Source of the DNA: Spirochaetia bacterium
GTDB lineage: Bacteria > Spirochaetota > Spirochaetia > SZUA-6 > Bin103
Reading direction: 5' to 3'
NCBI GenBank assembly: GCA_965198005.1
Contig: CBDAOI010000002.1
Location: 352,001-416,000, forward strand
DNA length: 64,000 bases
Made by a program: the position numbers and the translations under genes. Position 1 is the stretch's first letter; each line of letters starts with the position of its first letter. Positions 9,901 through 24,051 of the stretch are shown here, in pieces. The notes beneath the pieces were generated by a model that did no database searches, had not been told where the DNA came from, and saw only the letters and a program-made list of their open reading frames with translations.

Positions 9901-11046
9901 ATGACCCGAACCAAGCCCACAAAGCCTGCATTCTTCCTGATACCGATGGCGTTGCTCGCTTGCGCGCTGGTGCTGATAAGTGGCTGCAACTTTTTTGGAG
10001 GCGGCGGAGGAACCGCGGATAGCAACGCGGGAATCGCGTGGCAGCTCGTACGCACCGGCGGCGGCCTGGAGTCCCCGGCGGGGACGACGGGAGAACCTCT
10101 CCTGAGCGTAGCCTGGGGCGACGGCCGCTTCGTCGCGGTCGGGCGCGAAAGTACCATTCTGCACAGCGACGACGGCACGAGTTGGACGGCGGCGAGCCAA
10201 AATCCCGATCTCTGGGTGTTTGTCGTTGCCTCCGGCGATTCGCGCTTCATAGGAATCGCGTGGGACGCGCCGCGTGGTGTCAACATCATCGCGCACAGCA
10301 CGGACGGCGATATCTGGGAGAGGGGGCCGGAGATCGAGTTGGACGGCGATGCCCGGTGGCTCCGCGACATCGCCTGGGACGGCAGGCGTTTCGTGGCGGT
10401 CGGGGATATGGGCTCGATCATGCACAGCGCCGATGGCGAGAGCTGGACGAACGCGAGCACGACCGCTACCGAGGAGAGGCTTTTTGGAGTTGTCTGGAAT
10501 GGCAGTCATTTTGTCGCGGTTGGGAACAACGGGACCACCGTGCACAGCGCCGATGGCGACCGCTGGACTGAGGCCAGCGCTACCGGTACGGAAGAGTGGC
10601 TTCAAGCCGTAACTTGGGGCGACGGCCGCTTCGTCGCGGTCGGGCGGGGCGGCACGATCATCCACAGCGCTGACGGAGCCACCTGGAAGGCGGCGAGCGT
10701 CACCGCTACCGGGGCAGACCTATTCGGTGTAGCCTACGGTGACGGCCGTTTCGTCGCCGTCGGCGACGGCATAATCCTTCACAGCGCTGATGCGAACCAG
10801 TGGACCGCGTCCAGCGACACCGCAATTACGAATTGGTTCTTCGAGGTCGCGCACGGCGCTACCCACTTCATCGCAATCGCGTTGAACAACGATCCCCCCA
10901 GCAGCAAGATCGTACGGAGCACCGACGGAACCACCTGGAACGAGGCCACCGACACCGACATTCCAGGCTATATTGGGGACGTCGCTTACGGTGCCAATCG
11001 CTTCGTCGCCGTCGGCGACAACGGCACAATCGTAACCAGCCCGTAA
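9901..11046 (+). CDS. Lipoprotein with BNR/Asp-box-like beta-propeller repeats
   Basis: Lipobox LVLISG-C; about 7 repeats of VAWGDGRFVAVG..TI.HS.DG..W. Confidence 0.8.
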   Translation: MTRTKPTKPAFFLIPMALLACALVLISGCNFFGGGGGTADSNAGIAWQLVRTGGGLESPAGTTGEPLLSVAWGDGRFVAVGRESTILHSDDGTSWTAASQNPDLWVFVVASGDSRFIGIAWDAPRGVNIIAHSTDGDIWERGPEIELDGDARWLRDIAWDGRRFVAVGDMGSIMHSADGESWTNASTTATEERLFGVVWNGSHFVAVGNNGTTVHSADGDRWTEASATGTEEWLQAVTWGDGRFVAVGRGGTIIHSADGATWKAASVTATGADLFGVAYGDGRFVAVGDGIILHSADANQWTASSDTAITNWFFEVAHGATHFIAIALNNDPPSSKIVRSTDGTTWNEATDTDIPGYIGDVAYGANRFVAVGDNGTIVTSP

Positions 11047-11264
11047 TACGGATAGACGCAGGAGGAACGTCGCATGCCAGACACGACACGACCTACAGGT
11101 CGAAGACAACGGAAATAATCGGTACTTCAGATTCACCAAGAAGCTTCCAAAGCTGCAAGCTACCTGCCGAGATAGCTCGGTCACGGATTGAGAAGGCCGT
11201 CGAAACGTCTGTGCTCAGACGCAGCTTAAGTTCGACATGTCTCGGCGAAGCGGCCGTCGGAACA

Positions 11265-11577
11265 GATCGATCTCGTTCTGCAGCAACAGCACCGGCGCAA
11301 CCGGCGCGGCCCCGTCCGGCGCCGGCGCAACCTCGGGACCGAACTGCAGGTTGGCTCCCGGCGCGACCACGATCTGATTCTCGCCGCGCCGGTCGACCAG
11401 GATCAGCGCGACCCCCGAAGCCCTGCCCCGGCAGCGTCACCAGCCGGTCGGCGATCACGCCCGCCTGCTCCAGACGGGCGCGCCCGGCCCGCCCATAGTC
11501 GTCGTCCCCCACCGCGCCGATGAACGTGGTCGCCGCCCCGGCGCGCGCCGCCCGCAGTCAACCCGGAAGCTCCACGG
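11265..11577 (-). pseudogene. Diverged, internally deleted copy of the cysE end/rbsK 5' half
   Basis: Matches about 8312-8600 joined to about 8752-8784 at a shared gcgcgcgccgcc. Confidence 0.85.
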
Positions 11578-11628
11578 ACTGGCGCGTTGCGGCGGATGGA
11601 GGGCTACCGCGTCATCGTCACGATCCGG

Positions 11629-12021
11629 TCATGCGAGCTCGATGTGGATAGCCAGCCCGGGCGTCCGCAGGAGGCGGCCGTCGCCGGTTACCAGCACGGC
11701 CGACAGCGCTTCCGTAAGAGCGACGTAAACCGCATCGTAGGCGCTCACGTTGTCGCGGAGTTGCCACATGCGATCGAGAAACAGCTCATGCGAGTAGCGT
11801 TCGACATCAAGTTGGCGCCACTGGTCGAGCGCGAGCTCGCCGCGGTCGGCAGTCACCAATCCACGTAACGTGTAGCGACGGAGCACGTCCGCGATCTCCA
11901 CGTCGATGAGGTGCGGTACGTGAATGCTCACGGCGGGGGTCTCTATGCGCTTCGCGACGCGTTTACCGGCGGTTGTGTTCAGCAACAACTCGACCGCACC
12001 GGAGGCATCCAGTACGAACAA
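11629..12021 (-). CDS. vapC: VapC/PIN toxin
   Basis: VLDAS, LIDVEI, NVSAYDAVYVAL, LVTGD. Confidence 0.88.
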   Translation of the reverse strand: MFVLDASGAVELLLNTTAGKRVAKRIETPAVSIHVPHLIDVEIADVLRRYTLRGLVTADRGELALDQWRQLDVERYSHELFLDRMWQLRDNVSAYDAVYVALTEALSAVLVTGDGRLLRTPGLAIHIELA

Positions 12022-12027
12022 CCCGCT

Positions 12028-12303
12028 TTACCGGGCTCGGTCCGGGAATTCGGCGTCGTCGGTAAGCGGCTCGCCACGAGCTTGGCGCTCTGCGCGGAGC
12101 GCGTCCGCTGGAGATGGATCAAGGGTCACACGTGGCTGCCGGCGGATCGCGGCAAGCAGCTCCAGCCTGCTCGGCCGCTCCAGCGCCCGCTCGATTGCCG
12201 TCATTACGTATTGCGACATCGAGACCCCTTCCAGCGCCGCGCGGGCTTTCAGCCGGCGATGCATGGCCACCGGAACGTTGCGAATCTGGATCATCGTGGA
12301 CAT
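12028..12303 (-). CDS. FitA-like RHH antitoxin
   Basis: MSTMIQIRNVP..HRRLKARAALEGVSMSQY, directly upstream of the PIN gene. Confidence 0.85.
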   Translation of the reverse strand: MSTMIQIRNVPVAMHRRLKARAALEGVSMSQYVMTAIERALERPSRLELLAAIRRQPRVTLDPSPADALRAERQARGEPLTDDAEFPDRAR

Positions 12304-12329
12304 GTAATCAATATGAAAACATGAACATT

Positions 12330-12869
12330 TCATGTCGACCCCGCGTTGGCCAGCACGGCAGCCGCAGCGAACGGCGCGGCCAGCCACCGGGCGCGGCGCG
12401 CGTCCCAGCCGCGCTTCCGGAGCAAGTAGCCGGTCAGCAGCGGCAGCACGAACAGGGAGGCGTTGCGTGCGTAGAACCCCTCACTGGCGGCGCTGCCGAA
12501 GTGGTGGCCGAACAACTCGGGAACCTTGATCGCCGCCGCCGCGGCGAGCGCGATGCCCACTACCACGGCGGTCTCGGTGCGCCCGCCGCCAGCCGGAACG
12601 CCGCCGGCGGGTTCGGCCACCAGTTGCTTCCACCACCGCTCGGAGTGGACGCGCGCGAACTCGCGGCACGCCGCGTCGATGTTTCCCATCCGCCTGACCG
12701 CGACCAGCAAGGCCTCGTCGGCCGCCAGGCCGGTAGCCAGCAGCGCGGCCACCTGCTCGCGCAGATGGACTTCCATCTCCTCCACGTCGGTGGGATCGAC
12801 TGCCCGGCCGTGCAGCAGGTGCGCCCGCCACTGGGCAATCTGCGTCTCCAGGGTGTTCTCGTCCGCCAT
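12330..12869 (-). pseudogene. Permease-prefix-domain membrane protein, 3'-truncated
   Basis: DVEEMEVHLREQ..GL..DEALLVAVRRMG motif followed by TM helices; ends abruptly at the TA cassette. Confidence 0.65.
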
Positions 12870-13036
12870 GCGCTATATCTTCTAGCCAGCTACAGTATGG
12901 CAGGCAATGTAGTACGCAACAGCTTACCGCCCGGCGGGAAACGCCCGGCCGGCGCCGGTCACGCGGCCGCGCCTCGTTGCTCAGGAGCTTCCCACCGGGC
13001 GGGGCCCGGCGTGGTCATGCAAGAAACTGTTGTTTC

Positions 13037-13864
13037 TTAGGAGAAGGTCGTCGCCATCCAGCGCACCTCACCGGCAACTGCGGTCCCGCGATGGGGCCAC
13101 GGCACCGGTGGTCGCCGCTGATTGTCGCTCACCAGGACCCAGCGCCCGGTCTGATCCTTGCCCGCGCGCCGCACGATCAACTCGTCGCCGATGCGCAGCA
13201 CGAAGATGTGCCCGAGACGGCGCCGGCGGCGTTGGTGATCGACCAGGATCGAGCAGCCGCCCGGCAGCGTTGGCTGCATCGCGTCTCCCCGCACCTCCAT
13301 GATCGTGCAGCGGTCGGGATCGATCGCGTGGCGCTCGAGCCAACTGCGTTGAAACGCGAGGTAGCCGACGACGGGCGCGCGCTCCAGCTCGGGGCCGCCC
13401 CCGGCCGCCGGGTCAGGGGTGCGCATCGCCACGTACGCTGGATCGCGCCGGTCTCCGGCCTCGGGCAGGGCGGCGTTGCGCCTGGACTCGGTAAGCTCGC
13501 GGAGCAGCAGAGCCAGATCTTCGCGCAGCCCGGCGCGCAACTCCTGCCGCAGCTTCATCGCCCACGTGGGGGACTGCTCAGCGGCGGGCGGAGCAGGGGC
13601 TCGGTCGACCGTGCCAGCCGTGTAGGGGGTGGAGCCGCTCGCGATCCGCGTCGTATCCGCTACGCGCGGCGGTCCGACGTAGAACTCCAGACCGAGGGCC
13701 GAGGTAGCGAGTTCCAGGGTGGTGCTCAACGCCGCCCGCCCGTGCAGGATGCTGCGAAGCTGTCCGACGGGTATCCCGGTGCGGGCCGAGAGCGGCCGCA
13801 GGCCCTCTCGTTCGACTTGAGCGCGTACCACCGAGCGGAGATGTTCCAGCCCCTGACGTGTCAC
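13037..13864 (-). CDS. CI/LexA-like HTH + S24 repressor with a substituted catalytic dyad
   Basis: N-terminal HTH; AAG site; VRGDAMQPTL and LIVRR in place of GDSM/VKR; VSDN, GEVRW; start codon approximate. Confidence 0.8.
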   Translation of the reverse strand: MTRQGLEHLRSVVRAQVEREGLRPLSARTGIPVGQLRSILHGRAALSTTLELATSALGLEFYVGPPRVADTTRIASGSTPYTAGTVDRAPAPPAAEQSPTWAMKLRQELRAGLREDLALLLRELTESRRNAALPEAGDRRDPAYVAMRTPDPAAGGGPELERAPVVGYLAFQRSWLERHAIDPDRCTIMEVRGDAMQPTLPGGCSILVDHQRRRRRLGHIFVLRIGDELIVRRAGKDQTGRWVLVSDNQRRPPVPWPHRGTAVAGEVRWMATTFS

Positions 13865-13982
13865 GTGTAACACGATACCGGAAAATCCGAAAAAATCCAC
13901 CAGGATCAATCGTGGATCAATCGACAGGGGGGCGGGGTGGACAGGGTGGACAGAGCGTGCTACATATGACACGGTACACGCC

Positions 13983-14288
13983 ATGCATGACACGGAAGAG
14001 TGGCTGTCCCGCCTCTGCACGATCTTCGCCAGGCTTACGCGGCGCCGGCTGTCGACGGTCTCACGCTTGGCGACCGGTAGCGGCGAGACGATCGCCCGTC
14101 TGAAGCGAGGCCGTACCATCACGATCCGCCGCGCGGCTCGGGCGCTCAAGTACCTGTCCGACCACTGGCCCGACGACAAGGAGTGGCCTACCGAGATCCC
14201 GCGGCCCAAGGACGCCGCGCGTGACCGCCGCCGGTTGAGGTGGTCCTGGAGAATTGGACAGGGGGTTAAGGTGTATTCCAGGCTATGA
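13983..14288 (+). CDS. Cro-like small DNA-binding protein
   Basis: LSTVSRLATGSG..IARLKRG..IT..LSDHWP..WP.EIPRP; divergent from the CI-like gene. Confidence 0.7.
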   Translation: MHDTEEWLSRLCTIFARLTRRRLSTVSRLATGSGETIARLKRGRTITIRRAARALKYLSDHWPDDKEWPTEIPRPKDAARDRRRLRWSWRIGQGVKVYSRL

Positions 14289-14347
14289 GGAGGGCCAAGG
14301 AGCGCCGGAGCGCCGAGCGGCATCTGCCTACCGTTCGGGTATCGGCG

Positions 14348-15509
14348 ATGAGCCAGCAGGACAAGTTCGAGCGCATCATGGCGGCGCTGCACGAAGCGAT
14401 GCTGGACGACTCCAAGTGGCAAGAGGCAGCGACCCTGATCGACGACGCGTGCGGCGTTACCGGCTCTCATCTCGTGATCGTCGGCGGCCGCTCGCGCCAC
14501 GACGCCAAATCGCTCTTTGACCAAGCCTGCTACCGTGGGAGCTCCCGCGAAGAACCAGGACGCGACTACGCCGCACACTTACTTTCCCCGCGACCAGCGC
14601 AATTCCCGCCTGGCTACTCTCCCTGACCGGCGTGCCACGCACGTGCCTGACCTCTACACCGAACGGGAGCTGCGATCCTGCGCGACCTTCCATGAAGTGC
14701 TGCGCCGCGGCGGTGCTCAAGTTGGCCTGAACATACGCCTGGACGGCCCGAATGGGCTGCAAATCGTCTGGGCAATCGCCAACCCGACTGCTCCGGAAGG
14801 CTGGAACTCCGGGCAGGTAGCCATGATCAGGCGTCTGCTGCCCCACATTCGCCAGTTCGTCCGGGTCCGCCAAGCGCTGGCCGACGCCGAGGCCCTGGGG
14901 GCATCGCTCGCCGACCGACTCGACGACATGAGGATCGGTATGATCTGCCTCGATTGGCGCGGGATGATCGTCGAGGCCAACTCCCGCGCCCGCGCGATCC
15001 TGCGGCACCGCGACGGCCTGGTCGATCGCGGTGGCTTCCTGCATGCACGGATGGCCGCGGACGACCGGCGACTCGGGAATTTGTTTGTGGACGCTCTGCC
15101 ACGCTCCGGCCGCGCGGCGACCAGCGGTTCGACGTCGGTCACCCGTTCGTCCGCACTACCGGGGTTCGCGCTACACCTGAGGCCGGTGGACCTTGACGAC
15201 GCCGGTTTCGGCCTTGGCCCGTTCGCGGTGATGGTGCTGATCGTCGACCCGAGGGCGACGCCGAGCATCGACCCCGAGCACGTTGCCGCGGTGCTCGGCC
15301 TCACGCCGGCGGAGAGCCGGGTGGCGGTGGCGTTGGCCGAGGGCAAGACCATGCGCGACATCGCGGCGGCCACGCATCGAGCGGAAAGCACGGTGCGCGA
15401 GCTGGTCAAGCGTATCCACGTCAAACTCGACGTCTCGCGGCGGGCAGACCTGGTGCGTATCGTCGTGTCGCTCGCCGGTAGTTCCGGGAGCCAAGATTCA
15501 AGCTCGTGA
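14348..15509 (+). CDS. LuxR-family regulator with a frameshift near 14578
   Basis: N-terminus MSQQDKFERIMAALHEAMLDD in one frame; remainder with GLTPAESRVAVALAEG HTH in the +1 frame. Confidence 0.75.
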
Positions 15510-15656
15510 CCCAAGACTCGCGATCCCCGCATGACCGTGACGTACCCGGCTCTTGCGGATGAGCGGATGGTGTCGGCGAAGAGCGGCGCCGGAGGCGCCG
15601 TTCGCACCGTTCGCAGTGGACGCTGACCGACGCTCGGTGTAGAATCGACGCGAGCC

Positions 15657-16004
15657 ATGGCTGTGCTTTCGGTGCCACGCCCACTGCAGGAGCGCCTGGG
15701 GGACGTTGCGACCGCGTCCCTGGTGGAGATGCTGCGCCAGCTCGAAGATGACCAGGAAGAGCGGCGCGAGGTCCAGAAAGAGCATCTGTTCCAACTGCTG
15801 GAGGAACGGTTTCTCCGTCACGTCGCGGAATCGGAACAGCGGACGCGCAAGGAGATCGCCGACCTACGGCCGGATCTCAGCAAGGAGATCACCGGCGTCC
15901 ACAAGGAGATTACGGTACAGACCCGGTGGATTGTGGCGGTAATGGCAGCCGCGGCGGTGCTGATCCCGATCATGCTGCGGGTCATGGAGGCAATCATTCC
16001 TTAG
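15657..16004 (+). CDS. DUF1640-like coiled-coil protein with a C-terminal TM helix
   Basis: VP..LQERLG N-terminus, heptads, QTRWIV + hydrophobic tail; TAGAAT -10 box upstream. Confidence 0.7.
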   Translation: MAVLSVPRPLQERLGDVATASLVEMLRQLEDDQEERREVQKEHLFQLLEERFLRHVAESEQRTRKEIADLRPDLSKEITGVHKEITVQTRWIVAVMAAAAVLIPIMLRVMEAIIP

Positions 16005-16245
16005 CCCCGCGCTGCTGCCGCTGCGAGCACGGCGCGCCAAGCGGGTTACGCCTACTCCGACTGGCGCCCGGCGCCGGCCCCGCAGAGGGTCGCTGCTCCG
16101 ACTCTGGTCCCGGTCAGCGCGCGCTCCTGGGTATTCTCACCGGTTGAGACCGTGCCGGCTCTCAACGTCCACCACTGGCAGGAGCCGTTCCCGGTGACCG
16201 TGGAGGCGCTGCCGAACGACGACGACTCGGCATCGCCTATATGAA

Positions 16246-16286
16246 CAGACATATGTCTTGTTATTGCAGACTCTTGTCTGTAACAT
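16246..16286 (+). promoter_or_regulatory. dnaE2 promoter with two CAGAC-N4-GTCT palindromes
   Basis: CAGACatatGTCT at 16246 and CAGACtcttGTCTG at 16267; TTGTTA-17bp-TAACAT. Confidence 0.6.
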
Positions 16287-16293
16287 GGGCGAC

Positions 16294-19631
<3,338 letters not shown>

Positions 19632-19635
<4 letters not shown>

Positions 19636-20389
19636 CAAACACACGAGAATGGACGATTCCGACCTTCCTTGATCCGAAAATGGGCAATCTTACGAAGGTA
19701 AAGCGCTGGGTTGGCTATGAACACGATCCGGGGATCGTTGCTGTCAGAGACATACTCCGTCTATCGGAAACCGTCGGTATTTACCGATCATACTCGTTGT
19801 TGGAGCGGGCTTCCAAATCAGCTACATTCCATGAGGATATTCAAAGCATAGTTTCTGATGATCCCGACGATGACCCCTACGGTCTTGGCTACGGGCGTGT
19901 GATGTCTCAAGTCGCTGAGAAGAGGTATCCGTCGCGGGCAGCCGTGCACGTAAGCTACTATTCGGGGTCCACCTTACTCAGCAAGGCTATCGCACCGAGA
20001 ACTGCCGCCGATCTTGATGTTGTATTGTCGGCGCGTTTTCCGATCACTGGTCGTGCTCGCCAAGCCAGATTGGCGGGTCCGATTCACTTTCTTGCGAGAC
20101 TCCTGGAAACGTGGGGTCTTACGCGGGCAGATGCAACTACGCTGCTCGGCCTGGAGGCAGCCGATCAACCCTACGTAAGCGAACTGTTCAGCGGACACGC
20201 TCCTCTACGTGGCCGCGACACGAAGGATCGGATCGCTTATCTGTTTCGCATCCGCAAGACCCTTTCCGCATTATTTCGAAACGAAGAAGTAGAGAATGAC
20301 TGGCTTCGAGAGCCACACTCTTGCTGGAAGGATCGATGGAGAATCTCTTGCTCGTAAAGGAGTACGTTGAAGCAGCGGCGGGCCGATAG
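19632..20389 (+). pseudogene. Xre/MbcA/ParS-type antitoxin, frameshifted near 20318
   Basis: LLETWGLTRADATTLLG, DTKDRIAYLFRI, WLREPH; tail LLEGSMENLLLVKEYVEAAAGR* lies in another frame. Confidence 0.7.
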
Positions 20390-20391
20390 GG

Positions 20392-20725
20392 ATGCTCGAA
20401 TCGATTCCCTCTGAACGGCGGAATACGCCCGTGTTTCGCTTCGCGAGCTATCGGGACGACGGGGAGTTCATGGAGGAGCAGAGACACGATCGGCAACGCA
20501 TCGCCGAACTCACCGACCTGCTGCAGTCGTGTGGATCCTTGCGACTATGGTTTTTGCAATAGGCTGGGCGCCGAGGCGAAGGCAACCTCACTCGACGGGT
20601 TGATCGCACCGTCGGTGAGGTATCCCGGCGGAACGAACGTCCCCGTGTTTGAACGTTCCGCGATCGGCCACCCAAGAGATCTCACGCTCGTCCAGGTTAC
20701 ATGTAGACATCCATCGGGATCGTAA
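20392..20725 (+). pseudogene. RES-domain toxin remnant
   Basis: DYGFCNRLG..LDGLIAPSVRYPGGTNVPVF; most of the middle is deleted. Confidence 0.7.
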
Positions 20726-20760
20726 CGGCGCGCCCCGTGCCCCGGCGCGCGCCGCACCCT

Positions 20761-20787
20761 CCCCTCAGGAGCCACGACGTCCACTGA
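20761..20787 (+). repeat. Right copy of the 18-bp repeat carrying a displaced dnaE2 tail (LRSHDVH*)
   Basis: cccctcaggagccacgac followed by gtccactga. Confidence 0.8.
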
Positions 20788-20863
20788 CACCCGTCCCTCA
20801 TTCGCTTAGGCGCCTCACCCGACCGCCGACCCGTGCCGACCCGTGCCGACCCGCACCGGCCGC

Positions 20864-20893
20864 TTGACGGGTGCGCGGGGGGTGGGGTACGAT
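20864..20893 (+). promoter_or_regulatory. pyr operon promoter
   Basis: TTGACG-18bp-TACGAT just upstream of the PyrR site. Confidence 0.65.
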
Positions 20894-20900
20894 ACCGGCA

Positions 20901-20933
20901 TCCTTTAAGCCGGTCCGGTGAGGCCGGGAAGGG
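20901..20933 (+). promoter_or_regulatory. PyrR-binding RNA element
   Basis: CCTTTAAGCCGGTCCGGTGAGGCCGGGAAGG matches the CUUUAA + RUCCNGNGAGGY consensus; lies upstream of pyrR. Confidence 0.85.
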
Positions 20934-21060
20934 CGGACATTGCACACCGATCCTACGATCTTGAACGGCCGGGAGCGTCTCCGGCCCGCATCGTCGCGGT
21001 TCAGCGCACCGACACCGGCGCCTGCACCGCCCGCGCCGCGGGCTCAGGAACGGGCCGACC

Positions 21061-21624
21061 ATGGCTGAACAACCGCGGCGGCACGCCGAGCGCCGCATTC
21101 TCAATGCGGCCGACCTGGAGCGCTGCCTGACGCGGCTGGCGCACGAGGTGGTGGAGCGCAACCGTACGGTCGACCAGATGGTGTTTGTGGGCATCCGCAC
21201 CCGCGGGGTGCCGCTGGCACGGCGCTTGCAGCACTTGGTGCGGCAGATCACCGGCGTCGAGCCGCCGCTGGGCGTGCTCGACATCAGCCTGTACCGCGAC
21301 GACCTGAGTCACGTGGCCAGCTCGCCCGTGGTCGGCCGGACGGAGATCGACTTCGCCCTCGACGACCGCGTGGTGGTGCTGGTGGACGACGTGCTCTACA
21401 CCGGCCGCACCACCCGGGCCGCGCTCGACGCCCTGATCGAGTTCGGGCGCCCGCGCCGGATTCAGCTTGCCGTGGTGATCGACCGCGGCCATCGCGAGTA
21501 CCCGATCCGCGCCGACTACGTGGGCAAGAACGTCCCCACCAGCAGTGAGGAGATCGTGCACGTACGGCTGCAGGACACCGACGCCATCGAGGAGGTGGTC
21601 ATTGCCTACCGAGACCAGCACTGA
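21061..21624 (+). CDS. pyrR: PyrR regulator / uracil phosphoribosyltransferase
   Basis: [43 protein letters not shown]. Confidence 0.97.
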   Translation: MAEQPRRHAERRILNAADLERCLTRLAHEVVERNRTVDQMVFVGIRTRGVPLARRLQHLVRQITGVEPPLGVLDISLYRDDLSHVASSPVVGRTEIDFALDDRVVVLVDDVLYTGRTTRAALDALIEFGRPRRIQLAVVIDRGHREYPIRADYVGKNVPTSSEEIVHVRLQDTDAIEEVVIAYRDQH

Positions 21625-22678
21625 GCCGCGCCCCGCCGCACCGCCGCGGCCCGCTTCCGCACGACCGGCGCCGGCAACCGCCACCGGCGCGGCCCCGGCC
21701 CCGGCTCCGGCCCCGGCCTGGACGCGCAAGGATCTGCTGTCGCTGGAGGAGCTCAGCCGGACGGAGATCGAGCTGCTGCTGGACACCGCCGAGTCGTTCA
21801 AGGAGGTGTCCGCACGCCAGGTCAAGAAGGTGCCGGCGCTACGCGGCAAGACCATCGCCAACCTGTTCTTCGAGTCCTCGACCCGCACCCGCACCAGCTT
21901 CGAGCTGGCGGCGAAGCGGCTGTCGGCGGACACGGTCAACTTCCAGGGCTCCACCTCCAGCGTGCAGAAAGGCGAGAGCCTGGTCGACACGGCCCGCAAC
22001 ATCGAGGCGATGCAGGTGGACACGGTGGTGGTGCGGCACGGGTCGTCGGGAGCCGCCGAGCTGCTGGCGCGTGCGCTGGACGCCAGCGTGGTCAACGCCG
22101 GCGACGGCATCCACGAGCACCCCACCCAGGGACTGCTGGACATCTTCACCATCCGCGAGCATCAGGAGTTGGCGGGGCTGCACGTCTGTCTGGTGGGTGA
22201 CATCCTCCACTCGCGGGTGGCGCGCTCCAACCTGTGGGGCCTGCGCAAGCTCGGCGCGCGGGTGACGGTGTGCGGTCCGCCGAGCCTGATCCCGCACGGC
22301 ATCGAGGAGCTGGGCGCGGCAGTGTCCTACGATCTGGACGAGGTGATCGAGGAGGCCGACGTGCTCAACCTGCTGCGGATTCAGTTCGAGCGCCAGCGCG
22401 GGGCGTTCTTCCCGTCGGTGCGGGAGTACGCGGTGGAGTACGGGCTGTCGCACGACCGCCTGCAGCGCGCCCGGGAGGGGCTGCTGGTGCTGCACCCCGG
22501 ACCCGTGAACCGCGGCGTCGAGGTGGCCGCGGAAGTGGCCGACGGGCCCCACTCGCTGATCCTGGATCAGGTGACCAACGGCGTGGCGGTGCGCATGGCG
22601 GTGCTGTTCCACACCACGCTGACGCGCGAGGAGGGAGCTACGCGGCGGCCCGGCGCGGCCCTCGGACGGAGCGCGTGA
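21602..22678 (+). CDS. pyrB: Aspartate carbamoyltransferase catalytic subunit
   Basis: [31 protein letters not shown]; start codon uncertain. Confidence 0.96.
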   Translation: MPTETSTEPRPAAPPRPASARPAPATATGAAPAPAPAPAWTRKDLLSLEELSRTEIELLLDTAESFKEVSARQVKKVPALRGKTIANLFFESSTRTRTSFELAAKRLSADTVNFQGSTSSVQKGESLVDTARNIEAMQVDTVVVRHGSSGAAELLARALDASVVNAGDGIHEHPTQGLLDIFTIREHQELAGLHVCLVGDILHSRVARSNLWGLRKLGARVTVCGPPSLIPHGIEELGAAVSYDLDEVIEEADVLNLLRIQFERQRGAFFPSVREYAVEYGLSHDRLQRAREGLLVLHPGPVNRGVEVAAEVADGPHSLILDQVTNGVAVRMAVLFHTTLTREEGATRRPGAALGRSA

Positions 22679-22680
22679 GG

Positions 22681-24051
22681 ATGGCCGACGCATGCCCGCG
22701 GCCGGCCGCGGTGCCGGTGGTGATCCGCGGCGGGCGGCTGGTGGATCCGCGGCAGGGGGTGGACGCCACGGTCGACCTGCTGGTGCGCAACGGACGCGTG
22801 CAGCAGGTGGCGGCCGATCTGGCCGGGGCCAACGGCGGCGGCGCGCTCGAGGTGATCGACGCGCGCGGCAAGCTGGTGCTGCCCGGGCTGATCGACGTCC
22901 ACGTCCACCTGCGCCAGCCCGGCTTCGAGTACAAGGAGACGATAGAAAGCGGCTTGCGCGCCGCCCTGGCCGGCGGCTTTACCGGCGTGTGCCCGATGCC
23001 GAACACCAATCCGGTGTCCGATTCGCGCGCCGACATGGAGTTTCTGCGGCGCGAGGCACGGCGCCTGGACCTGATCAACCTGTGGCCGGTGGGTGCGGTC
23101 ACCGTGCGCCAGGAGGGCGAGCGGCTCACCGAGTTCGGTGAGCTGCGCACCGGCGGGGCGGTGGCGCTGTCGGATGACGGCAAGCCGATCGTGTCGTCGG
23201 CGATCATGCGCCGCGCCCTGGAGTACGCCAAGAAGTTCGACCTGCCGCTGCTGCTGCACGAGGAGGACCACGAGCTGTCGCAGGCGGGGACGCTGAACGA
23301 GGGGGTGGTGGCCACCCGGCTGGGGCTGATCGGCAGCCCGTGCCAGGCCGAGTCCGCCCTGGTGGCGCGCGATCTCGAGATCGCCTCGCTGGCCGGCGGC
23401 CGGGTCCACTTCCAGCATATCTCCTGCCGGCGCTCGGTGGAGCTGATCCGGCAGGCGCGCGCCGGCGGGATCGCGGTAACCGCCGAGACCTGTCCGCACT
23501 ACCTGTTCCTGACCGAGGACGCGGTGATGCGCTACAACACCCACGCCAAGATGTACCCGCCGCTGCGGACCGCGGCCGACGTGGCCGCCGTACGCGCCGG
23601 ACTGGCGGACGGCACCATCGACATCGTGGGCAGCGATCACGCGCCGCACGCCGACTACGAGAAGGCGGTGGAGTTCGACCACGCTCCCAACGGCATCACC
23701 GGCGTGGAGACCATGCTGCCGCTGATGCTGGCGCTGGTGCGGGACGGGGTGATCGGCCTGGAGCGGCTGGTGCGGGTGCTGGCGGTGAACCCGGCGCGCC
23801 TGATCGGCGTCGAACGCGGCAGCCTGGGGGTGGGAGCGGTGGCCGACGTGACGGTGGTCGATCCGGCCGCCGCCTGGGTGTACGACGCGGCCACGGCGCA
23901 GTCGAAGGCGCACAATTCGCCGTTCTGGGGCGAGCGCTTGACCGGCCGGGCCACCGACTGCCTGGTGGCAGGGCAGATTCGCCTGCGCGACTGCCGCATC
24001 CTGCAGCCGTTCCCGGTGCGCGCCGCCGCCGGCGTGGAGCAGCCGGCGTGA
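22681..24051 (+). CDS. pyrC: Dihydroorotase
   Basis: [20 protein letters not shown]. Confidence 0.95.
   Translation: MADACPRPAAVPVVIRGGRLVDPRQGVDATVDLLVRNGRVQQVAADLAGANGGGALEVIDARGKLVLPGLIDVHVHLRQPGFEYKETIESGLRAALAGGFTGVCPMPNTNPVSDSRADMEFLRREARRLDLINLWPVGAVTVRQEGERLTEFGELRTGGAVALSDDGKPIVSSAIMRRALEYAKKFDLPLLLHEEDHELSQAGTLNEGVVATRLGLIGSPCQAESALVARDLEIASLAGGRVHFQHISCRRSVELIRQARAGGIAVTAETCPHYLFLTEDAVMRYNTHAKMYPPLRTAADVAAVRAGLADGTIDIVGSDHAPHADYEKAVEFDHAPNGITGVETMLPLMLALVRDGVIGLERLVRVLAVNPARLIGVERGSLGVGAVADVTVVDPAAAWVYDAATAQSKAHNSPFWGERLTGRATDCLVAGQIRLRDCRILQPFPVRAAAGVEQPA

Noticed and set aside
7677-10460. 927-aa ORF suggesting a giant ribokinase fusion
   Set aside because: The upstream part overlaps cysE out of frame and the lipoprotein antisense; only 7677-8771 is ribokinase.
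9901-11046. Internal DNA repeats gacggccgcttcgtcgc
   Set aside because: Explained by beta-propeller protein repeats.
13037-14288. Prophage
   Set aside because: No integrase, replication, terminase or structural genes around the CI/Cro pair.
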